NCBI GenBank assembly: GCA_001949185.1
Contig: BDGG01000009.1
Span: 1,787,624-1,851,623, forward strand
Direction: 5' to 3'
DNA length: 64,000 nt
Source: Ramazzottius varieornatus
Taxonomy: Eukaryota; Animalia; Tardigrada
The notes beneath the pieces were generated by a model. The model did no database searches. It saw only the letters and a program-made list of their open reading frames with translations, and was not told the DNA's origin. Positions 50,872 through 61,500 of the stretch are shown here, piece after piece; position 1 is the stretch's first letter; each line of letters starts with the position of its first letter. The translations under genes and the position numbers were made by a program.

Positions 50872-53666
50872 ATGTCCGACCCATCGAGTTACAACTTCGA
50901 CGAGGATGGATATCGCTTGCTGTTTCTGGACTGGCTCAAGGAATGGAAGGCCGAAGCAGCCACCGTGCAGAGCAAGATCCAGTACACGTACGCCAACGTA
51001 TGGAGACCCTACTGCGTTATCGCAACCTTCTCCATCTAATTAGAACAACTCTGTTTGCAGGCTATCAAGTCTCTGAAGAACTATCCGCTTCCTGTGTACA
51101 GTGGACATGGATGTATTAAGTTGAGCTTTTTCGGCAAGTGATCACCTATCGTGCCTTCTGTTGCCGCTTTTTTAGCTATGCACTGTACGTGAACTACAGT
51201 GTTGACAATGCGAATACAGTGTCAAAAATGCATTCCATCCGGCGGTCAGGTGATGCCGCCTACGATCAACCGATATTATGGGACCACGCGACCACCGGAT
51301 GGAATGCATTTTTTACACTGCATTTGCAGTCAGTAATTTGATACTGGATGTGGTTATGGGATGTCGCCGCATTTTGCATGAAAATCAATCTTATTGATTC
51401 CTGATTCAAGAAAATACTTCATCTTTCAGGCGACCACACATGCAAGAAACTGGACAAGAAGCTGACATCTTACTTGAAAGAACATAAGCTGCAAAGTAAG
51501 CGGAATATTTGGTGATACTTTCCGCTAGCTCTTCGAAGTTGACGCGAGAACCCTTGCGTTGTTCAAGTGCTTCAACTGTGTTTAGGATTTTCGAAAAGTG
51601 GTTGTTGTCGTGTCGGGATTCTTGCTAGAAACCTGGGTTTTTGTTGACAGGACTTGGCGGGCCTGATCCGTTCACTGTTCTAACCTCGTCATCCAGCAGC
51701 GACAAGGTAAGAAAAGGCGCCAAGAAGTCATCATCTGAACTGCCTGAGAAGGACGATATCGATGGCACTGATGTGAAAGCGGATGGCCCACAAGCTAAAG
51801 AGAAAGCGAAAGGGGGTCACCGAAAGAAAGGGCCGAAATCAAAGCTCGAAGACGACGAAGTTAAGGGACAAGCTGCGACAGATGCCTCTCCACGGCCCAA
51901 CAACACCGACCGCCCGGCTTTAGCTTCGAAGTCCGTAGAAGGTACGTTGACTTTAGTTGCCGGTGTGTACGAGCTTAATAGTGTGCTGACATGGGAATGA
52001 TTGTTGTGTGGCACGCAGATGCGCCACTGAGGAGGCGATGCATAATCACAACGGGCAGTAGCACCGTCTTGACGCTTGGAGGTGGTGGTGGCTTCATGGC
52101 TAGAACCGCTTCGACCACTGAGATGGCCGACAGGATAGCGCAGCAGTCCATAGCTGCACGCTTCAAGAATATCCCCTACGAGGAGTACACAATGCAGCCG
52201 GGAACCTTCAACGTGGTACTTTGTGTCGACAACCAGGAAATACATGGCAAAGGGTGGGGACATGTATGCTGTACTTTCTCGATACTCACAATCTTGGCTG
52301 ACTGGTTGTTTCCCTCTGTTAGTAACATATGCAGCAAGTTGGACGTCATCGCCGAACTGAAGAAGCACGAGCTGGACTTTGACGTTCGTGGTTTGAAAGT
52401 GGGGGACTTTCTGTGGATTGCCCGCGAGAAGAGCGAATATGCTGGGGGAAGGAAGCCTCGAGAGCTGGTACTGGACTTCATAGCAGAAAGGAAGAGAGGC
52501 GATGACCTGGCTATCAGTATCAAAGATGGTCGATATACCTGTCAAAAGGTAGTATGCAAAGCCAAAGTTTATAGCTGGCAAAGCCTGTATATTTTGGCCG
52601 TCGGCAAATGAAGTAAACCTGATGGTTTCCCATGTGGCGTGCTCTTGCAGTCACTAAGAATGGAAAGCTGCGCCACTTGATATAAGGTGCGATCTTATTT
52701 GCCGACGTGTCAAATTCCTTGATGAGTCTAACGGATGATGGTTGGTGCATTCAAAAATAGTTCCGAATGAAGATGGCGGGTTTGCGTCGGCTGATCTACA
52801 TCATTGAGGACAGCCAGCGCTTTCAGCATAAAGGCCTGAAGGATGGCGCTTTCGATCAGGCTGTGACCAATCTGGCAGTGCAAGACGGCTTCATAGTCAA
52901 GGAAACGGACAGTTTACGGAAAACCGCCGAGTACTTGTTGTCGATGACCATGTTCCTACAACGTAGCTACACGGTACAAACTGCCTTGCCTTTACCGCAA
53001 ACTTTGGCATCTCCTCTTTTGACTGCTTTTGTCCTTTTGCAGACCAAGACTTTGAGAAGCCTGGCCTTTGCCGAAAGATGGGCAAAAAGCCAAGAGGAGT
53101 TTAATGTCAATCTGCCTGTCCACGGTCTGCTTACTTATAGCGCTTTTTCCGCCGTAGCCAAAACCAACCAGGTTCGACTGTAGCCCTCTTTCTCTCTTCG
53201 AGATGAATCGATACCTTGTCCGACGGATGTCTGTCCACCGTCTGTGTCATTTCTTTCAGACCAAGAATGTCTCTCAAGCATTCCTCCTTCAGTTGCTGGC
53301 TCTCGATGGAGTGTCGCCGGCCAAGGCTTCCGCCATTGTAACCAAGTATCCCACCCTCAAAAGGTAAGGTTGTGGACGACCTAGTGGTCGATGGCCATGG
53401 TTAGAAGCCAGGTAGATGTGACGGAAACCCACTGTTTTAGATTATTGAATGCCTACGACGCTCTGGCTACGGAAGACGAAAAGAAAATGATGCTTCGGGA
53501 CATTAAGTTTGGAAGCGGCATAACGTCAGTCTCTTCCCTTTGACCATCAATGCCTCGCAGATCACAACTGCGTTTTATGGTGCTTTTCTGCTATTGCAGG
53601 AGTATTGGTCCCGCAATCAGCAAGCGACTGTACAAACTTTACTGCACCAATGGACCTCTTCGATGA
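50872..53666 (+). CDS. MUS81: Crossover junction endonuclease MUS81 (multi-exon)
   Basis: N-terminal HhH (AIKSLKNYPLPV..FFG|DHTC), ERCC4 domain VVLCVDNQE, VGDFLWIA, FIAERKRGDDLAISIKDGRY, C-terminal HhH (GVSPAKA..YPT; IGPAISKRLY). Confidence 0.92.
51203..51332. repeat. Intronic inverted-repeat element family 2
   Basis: ~43-bp arms 51203-51247 / 51290-51332 containing CAGTGTCAAAAATGCATTCCATCCGG, in MUS81 intron 51134-51429. Confidence 0.75.
52631..52679. repeat. Intronic palindrome core (MUS81)
   Basis: CATGTGGCGTGC-N25-CTGCGCCACTTG. Confidence 0.82.
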
Positions 53667-53978
53667 ATGAAACGGCAAAGAATTTGACTAGTAATCTTTC
53701 ACAATATCCTTTACATCATTTTTGATCTGCTCGATCCGCACACAAGCTAGGTTTTTCACTTTGTTGTGTGCCAGATACCTCTTTTACAGAAGTTTTAACG
53801 GAAACAGACAATGCCCATCCCAAGATGAAAGTCTTCCACACATAACCGTCGGTCCAGCAAAGTTTATCCATCAAGATCTTCCTTCAACTTTTCGAAGCTT
53901 TTTGACAAAGAAAGAAGAATAAAATCAGCGTCTGAAGCAACAAATGCACTGTACACTTTCATAGCAAGGAATACTTTT

Positions 53979-55252
53979 CTAGCTCCAGTCCATCTGTTTG
54001 TCCTGATCGGCCATCTGACCTGCCAGTTGGCCCACCACATTGTCTTCAGCGTCTTCCTCCGACACAGCCGCCCTTTCCGCCATGCTGTCTTCCATCAGCG
54101 CCGCTTTCTCACTACTGTCATGTACTTTGGAAGAAGCTCCAGCAGGCTGAGTATTGGACGCCTCCGCAGCTGGTCCGCTTTCTCGGGCGACCTGACTGAA
54201 GGCACCTTCGCCATTGTCTTCTGCGGCCATCCCCTCCTGTTCCGGTGCCGAGACTTCTTCGCCGTTCTCGCCTCTCATCTTTCTCAGCTTGAGGCGCAAA
54301 TCAGTAGTCTTGTCAACGTCTTCGCCCTCTTGGGATTCCGAGTCGTTTCGTTCTTCCCACTTGCGCTTGCCGAAGGAGCGCCGTTGGTTGGTTCCTCCTG
54401 CCATGGCAAAGTCGCCTGCTTGGATTCTCTCCATACGGTTCTGGATCATCTTGCCGAAGCCTCCTCGCCCACCGTCGTAGTCTGTACGGAACTCGTCGCG
54501 TACTTGCCCACCAGACTTGCCCCGACCGTACTGTCGTCCTTCGATAAAGCCAGCGTCCCAGTCACAGCGGATGACACGCTCGTCTAGCCGTGTCCCGTTC
54601 ACGTATCGAAGTGCATCTTCGGCATCTGCACGTCTGTAGTACCTGCAAGACATTTCCATCATCTTACTTCAACCTTTAAACAATCTAATTGGGCCTAAGT
54701 TAGGCAACTCAACTTGACAAGAAGGCATTACCCAGATGCGCCTAAGTGGCGCATACTTCCAGCCAAAACACCAAGCTGGCGCGCCACTCGGGGAAACAAT
54801 CAAACCTGTCAAGATCGTTATTCCAAGCGGCGCACACTACCATCCAATAACAATGGTAACGTGCGCCACTTTCGAAAACACTCTTGCACAGTTTCCATTA
54901 GTCCTTTATAAGGACGTTCATAGTCTTCGTACTCAACAAAGCAAAATCCGCAAGGTGTTTTGGTGAAGCGATCCAGCCCGATGATACATCGTTTGACGTC
55001 TCCACTCTTAGAGAACAAGTGATGAATTTGATCCTCTGTCGTAAAGAAGGACAGGTTACCGACGTAGAGAGTGGTACTGGCCCGTAGCTTGTCTTCTTGC
55101 TCCTTCATCGACCCCTAAGAGCGAGACGGACAGCATGTCAGCCAGCCTGAAGATCGGCCGTGTGTCATGTGCAAGCCTAGCGATCGTTCTATTACCTGGA
55201 ACTGCTGGTCTCGATAAGCGCTGAGTGAGCCATTCCTCTTTGAAGCGGACAT
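53979..55252 (-). CDS. NCBP2: Nuclear cap-binding protein subunit 2 (CBP20) with long C-terminal extension
   Basis: [10 protein letters not shown]|[28 protein letters not shown]|[28 protein letters not shown]. Confidence 0.93.
54743..54872. repeat. Intronic palindrome tandem dimer (NCBP2)
   Basis: Cores 54743-54790 (N24) and 54824-54872 (N25). Confidence 0.88.
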
Positions 55253-56011
55253 GCTGCTGCATCCGAGTGGATCGGACGATGTGGCTGCTGCCTTCAATGA
55301 GGCCTTCACTCCCAACGCACACACAACAACTTGACGTTACTGCTGGCGATGGGATTCAATAATCCGATGATTCCCACCAACAGACTTCCGCAGTGAGAGT
55401 GATCCGCGATGGCAAAGTTCTGAAGTTATCACTTGCAAAAAAATCCCGTATTAAACTGGAATATTCAGTACAGAAGTGGGCCAAGTGGCCACCCCGGTGG
55501 CGGTGGGGTCCCCGTGGGATATCCCTCTTTCCGTCAGCCCTCGGGGCAGGCCTGGTCCATAATTAAGGGCCTTCAAAGACAGACCCGGGTCTGGTGGTGT
55601 GATTATCCTGTCTGCTCTGGTGGATACCTCCATAAATCAAACAGACCAACCACAGAGCCCCTCAATCTGCTGACTTCGAGCGCCCCGTTTCGCCACCGCA
55701 CAGTAGTGCTGGCAAAAATACGATGAAATTCGATACAATATTTCTCCGTTACCGTATTTTCGATATATCATATCATATCGCAGCGACATATCGATATTTC
55801 TGGAATTTTAGTTTTCCGGAATTTCACTGGTTCAAGCCCAAAACTTAAGAAGCCGATGGCCACATAAAGTATCAGTAAGATTGAAAGCGTCGGGTGCAGC
55901 GAAGACAGGATTATACCAAGACTTCGAACACATGAAAACTCGGAAAGAATTAGTACCAGAACCGAATGGGCGGAATGTGCTCGGTAAACCATGGCCAGAA
56001 ACAAGTTTTTG

Positions 56012-56942
56012 ATACCCAAGGGACTCCGAATCGCAAACTCATTAGAGGACGCTCGCGCTCCAGACAGCACGATCCTTTACGCAGGTTGATTCCCCGATAT
56101 CTTCTGATTTTTCTGATTTTTTTGACGAATTGTTCCAAGTTTTCGATGAGTCATGAGTCGTGATTCCGGATTTAATCAATCAATTTTGCACTAATCATTC
56201 GAAGATGTTGGCGTATTGCTTAATACGGAATTGATAACCCGGTTGATAGTACCACTTGACGGCACTGCACGATCAACAGTGTATAATAATGCCCTATGCC
56301 TGTACGTACAACAGATGACTCATGGTAGGGACACCTTTCGGTGCCAAGAAATTTCTCTTTGATCTTCCGCCATAAGCTCAGGCTTGCCGTAGTTTGCTCC
56401 AATTCAAAGGCTTTAGAATAGAGCCCTGCAGCAGCAGCAGCTGAAACCATTGCTGCTTCTGCACTGCATCCGGTTTCCACGAACTGCAACTGCACTGCAA
56501 TTCTGCTGTTTTCTAAACTGCAACTGCACTGCACCTCATTCGAAAATTAAGAGTTTCTGCCCACCAACGGAAATGCATGTCAAACACAACGTAATCGTCG
56601 TTGTTTCACGGAGATTCAACCGAAAAACGGTAGGATCCGGCCAGAAAATGAAAAAAACCCGATCGTACTACTGTTTCTAAGCCCACATCAGTATACTGCG
56701 ATGAACGGTGCTCACATTTCCAAAACTGCAACTGCACTGCAACTGCATTTTTTTACCATTTCGGCGACTGCGACTGCACTGCATTGCAGTAAAATGCAGT
56801 GCAGTGCAGAACGTGCTGCATGTTGCAGGGCTCCACTTTAGAATGCCTGAACAGCTTTCTACAAAAACTCAAGTGGTCTATGGTTCATTCTTAAGTTCTG
56901 CTGGAAGGCCAGCCTTTTGGGCGGAGCTCTCGCAAAACCAAC
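56012..56942. repeat. Interspersed non-autonomous repeat, copy B (interrupted by hAT MITE)
   Basis: Homologous to 30349-31190, including the terminal GGCC.GCCTTTTGGGCGGAGCTCTCGCAAAACCA. Confidence 0.8.
56419..56835. mobile_element. hAT-family MITE (417 bp)
   Basis: TIRs TAGAGCCCTGCA / TGCAGGGCTCCA (1 mismatch); 8-bp TSD CTTTAGAA at 56411-56418 and 56836-56843; many ACTGCA subterminal repeats; paralogous empty site at ~31074. Confidence 0.9.
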
Positions 56943-58566
56943 CTTGGTCTTCCGTCAACGAGATATCACTGGCGAGTTTGCCATTCAGCAGAATACCGAT
57001 ATATCGAAAATATATCGATATGGCGCGATACAATATCGCCGAATATTTTATTGCGTTATTCGATACGAATTTCATATCGATATTTTCCATACGATATCTG
57101 CCGCATATTTTAGCGCAAAGATTCGATATATTTCGCTACCCTTCTCTTGAGAATCTGGATCTCAGAATGAAGTTGTCTCGTGTCGGTTTCCGTTTATTCG
57201 GCAAGTGGACGAACCCTGAAGTGTTTATTTAGCCGTGGAATAGAACATAGGAAGAAAAGCCTTTTCGAACAAGTAAATAACGTCTTTGATAAGAGACAAG
57301 CCTCGTTGAAAGTGTTTGGCAATCATACCCGAACTGGTTTTGATAAAGACAGATCTGAAATCTTCGGCCGCGTCACAACCATCGTCTTCCCGATGGCGGT
57401 GCTAGACTTGGCACCGTGTCCGTCCACTTGCTGTTATCAGTGTCAATGGTTAGAAGTAATAGACGTTTCCGACAGGGACATATCCATCGACATTAGCTGG
57501 AAACAAGACACAGTATTCTAGACAGGTGAAAGGGAAAGTGGTGGAACTTGGATTTGTTAACGACGTGAGTCTAGAGGTGATGGAAAAATCTAACTTTCGT
57601 AACTTGACATTACCTACCAACAAACCAACTATCAACAACGAACAACCCTTTTTCAGTAGACAAGTTGATTGGCTGATGACACTTCCATAGGAAAGCCTGG
57701 TCAGTACCGCTTGGTCAGCTTGCTTACCATGGTGTTCAACGATCCTCCGCAGCACTGTCATCGTGGTGTCTTGGGCACCTCTGAATTTGCTAGTTCAGAC
57801 CGAATAGGCAGTGAAGTAGAATCACTATTCGGCATCAGAAAGGAAAGTTAAGACTGAAGTAAAGAAGGGAAGATTTAGCCAGGGACGAGGTACACCGAGA
57901 TGACTCTGGCAAAGCGAAATAGAAGCTGAAAATTTCATCAGCTGGTGGGATTACGAGTCGGTCCCGAGTAGGTAGTAATTACACCGAAAAAACGGTGAAT
58001 TTCGTTTTCGGTGGAACGAATAGCCCAATCGTGTCGTGAGGGTGGAGCCAATTACACCAGTGCTGTAATCCCACCAGCGGTGTAATCAGTCTTTGAAGGC
58101 CCTTATTGATAAATCTTACTGGCCCATAACTAAATGATAACTTTCTGACAGAAAGTTTCTGTATCGCGTGTACAGTGTATGTGTGACGTCATCGCGGACG
58201 GTATCCTGGAAAGGTTCCTGAGACTCTCACAGTCCGGTACCTAAGAATCGGATATGTGCAAGTGCAGCATCAGCTAGCCATTGTACTGATTCTATACCAG
58301 AACGAGTATTCAGTGATATTATCTGGTCAGAAACCTAATGTCGAAGCGGGAAGGACTATGAACTGCAGAAAACAACTTGGCCAGAAATATCTCCCACACA
58401 GAATACAGGAATAAAAGCGTAGAAAAACGACTCGCTGACTATATACCAGATCTGCAGCATTACCTAGAGGAAAAATTCCTTAAATCCAACCCTCGATGGG
58501 CTTCAACCAGACAAGTAAGATGCGAGGCAGCTATTGCCAAGTGGGGAAATGTCGATATGGCCCCAT

Positions 58567-61500
58567 TCAGCTGGTTGCTGCAGTTGGACAATAGGTGATT
58601 TCAAGATGGTTGGTGCTGGGGCCGGCGGTCAGCGCAGGCGAGCATTTTTCAATGGCCAATTGTTTCATAGACTGTAAGTTGTCGGCCAGAAGCAGTTGGT
58701 CGCATAACCTTTTGTCAAGAGAATCATCTTAACAGCGGATAAGCACATAAGAGATGCTGGAGGAGGCTGTAATTATGACAGCAAGTGTACACTGCGTACG
58801 TCGATTGGGCCCTTACCGTTTTCGGGCGGCAGAAACATCGAGGAGGGCCAGCTTTGCCTGTCGCTCAAGCCTTGCGGCTTTTGCTCTGACCGTCAGTCGC
58901 TGCTGGGTACTTGGCAGGACTTGGACCTTGCGACTCTCCAGTGCCTTCTGCATGCCCTGGCACAGACTGTTCAGCAGTGACAGGCGGACAGAAAGCTGAA
59001 AAAGGCGCTCTTCCATGGTGATCAGCATCTGGCTGAGCTAGAGGAGGGACCACAAAGTTGAAAACCTTGGCGCCGACGAAAAGCTTCGTCAGTCTTACTG
59101 CACTAACCATTCCTTCCCTGTGTTGAAGGTCCGTCATGTTAAGGGTTGGAGACGTCAGTTTCTGCAAAGTTTCCTTCTTGCACTGCACGACCTGCCTGGT
59201 CAAGGCAAGGCGACGTTCCACGGCTTTGACCAGCTAAAGGACAAGAGCGATGCATGACATGTCGACCAATAACTTGAATAATGCAGCAGATATTTGTACC
59301 TGCTTCCCTAGTTCTTTCCTGGTCTTGACATAGGTGGTTAGCAGAGAATCGTGCCACTTCAGTCGCTTATAAAGCAGCTTGATGTCCGTGTCGGCACTTT
59401 TGTGTAGCCATTCAACGTAAGAATCGAGAGCTCGATGTCGCAGCTCGATTTCGTGGCTGGCTTTTACTGCGACGAAAGAACAATCATTTCCATATTTTGT
59501 CGTCACAATTCCTCTCAGTAGAGCTCTGTCAGAGGTTGGTTGGTTAATGATGATGAACCTACCGACTTGATTCTGTTCCACATGCTTCAGCATGTATTGA
59601 GTGGTGATATCGATCAGCAGCGACGCTCCACAAGCTCGAAGTTCCGATACCAGCTCGAATGTTTCCGTGAAAGTTTCGCATTTCAGTAAGTAAACATCCA
59701 AATCTTTGCGCAACCTATACACATACTCAAGTCGACATCGACATCAAAACCTACTTGAAATTAGAATTTGGCCAGATTCAAGGCCTTACATCAGAACTCG
59801 CGCAAATCCTCGCTCGTATTCTTCTTCGAGGTCTTTCATCTTTTGGCGCTCTTCAAAATGAGCTTTGCGAAGGCGCGATAACGACGTCCATAAACTTGAT
59901 TTGCCATGCTGCGCGTTCTCCAATTGCCTGGCAAAAACATTGAATAAAGTTACACTTTTCCCCCGCAAAGTCAATGCTGTGGGGGTTTACAGGGAGACAA
60001 TGGGCGAAACGGACCTGACTTTATGCCGATACTCTTCCTTCTTGCGCTTGAGCTGGTCGTTGAGGCAAGTCGTCCGGTCCCTGTGCTCATGCATCCCACC
60101 CTGGCTGAAACTAAGTAGCTTGCGCAGCTCTTGTCGATGACGATCCAAAGCGTAGTATTCAGATTGCATCTCCTCGACTTTCCTGCTCTTCTCCAACAGC
60201 TCGGCCGCGGCGTACCGGTGGGCAGCCTCATTCTGTTGACATTCCTCTTGCAGCTGCCGCTCTTTCTGTCGGACCTTCCTACGCTCCAGGCTCTGAGAGC
60301 GCTGCTCGACATGCTGAAGTAACACAGCAAGGTTATCGCTACAAAGCCTACAAATTGTCACAATCGGGACGTCAGCAGATGGACTCATCCGTATCCTTCT
60401 TATCAAGCGACGCACGCTTCATGCAATGATCGATAGAAGCCTCCGCCTCTTAGGAAGGCGATCTGGATAAAATCAGCTGCCAAAGTCCCAGATGGCTTTC
60501 TTTGGTATCATGGATTGAGCTGTAGATTTTGTGCCAAAGCTTACCATACGCTCGACTTTTCCTTCGAGCTTTCTATATGCTTCAGCTCCCTTCCTCAGGC
60601 GCATGAATATGGAGAACCTTTCTTTGAACTTCTGCCTTGCTTGGCGATACAGTACCGTGTTCTTGTCCCGCCGTTGGCTGCCTCGCGAACCGTAGGTGTT
60701 AATGAGCTTTCCCAGGGTGATAATCTGTTGGCGATGCTGATCTGCTTCGTACTCGTACTCGGTTGCCTAAAGAACATTATCAATTCTCTACCGATGGTTG
60801 GACGAATGGGGGAGGCAGGTAGACGAAGCGTACAAGACAGATCTCTGAGTGGCGCATTTTTCCGTGGTTAGTGGTTGAAAGCGCGCGCCACTTCAGGCTA
60901 TGAACTTGTATGTTTGGCTTGCCCGCCTGTCATCTTTCTCTCTCGAGGGCTATATGGTCAAAGACCTACCTGTTCGAGCAGTTTCTCGGTAAAGTCTCGG
61001 TCGCTCCTGTTCTGCCCCGTCACACGGCGGGTCTCCAGGTCCAGGTTCCTCTTGAGCGCGCTTAGTCGATCCCGCTCCCGCAGATGGCTCACTCGCTGGC
61101 ACGAAGCTGCCCGCACAAGGGCTTCGGCCTCGCCCAGCTTCTGTTGTAGCGACAGTCTGAAATACAAACCGACATTTGAGAGGAAACGTTGCCAGAGCGG
61201 ACGACCTTACTTTTCCTCTTTAGTCTGAACTTCCGCCTCCAGCTCGCTCCTCATACTTTGAGCTAGGCTCTTGTAGCTTTCAAACAAGGTTGCGAGCTCG
61301 CCTTCAGCCCTTTCTCGGTTCTGCAGGACTAGGCGTATGTCTTTGTCAAGCTCGTCGTTGGCGGCGCAGTTTGCCTGCCAATGTTGCTGAAGACGAGTAA
61401 TAATGGCAGCCAACGCTTGAGCTTCTTCCGCACTTTTCCTACCAAAGCAAGGAAAGAGAAACTATAGCTCTAAGGCTAGCAGTACTTACCACGGTAAAGA

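Larger units (their letters stand above)
55566..58103. mobile_element. Non-autonomous TIR element (PIF/Harbinger-like termini) hosting nested insertions
   Basis: TAAGGGCCTTCAAAGAC (55564-55580) is the exact reverse complement of GTCTTTGAAGGCCCTTA (58089-58105); TA/TWA flanks; CTGGTG..ATTA subterminal motifs at both ends. Confidence 0.7.
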
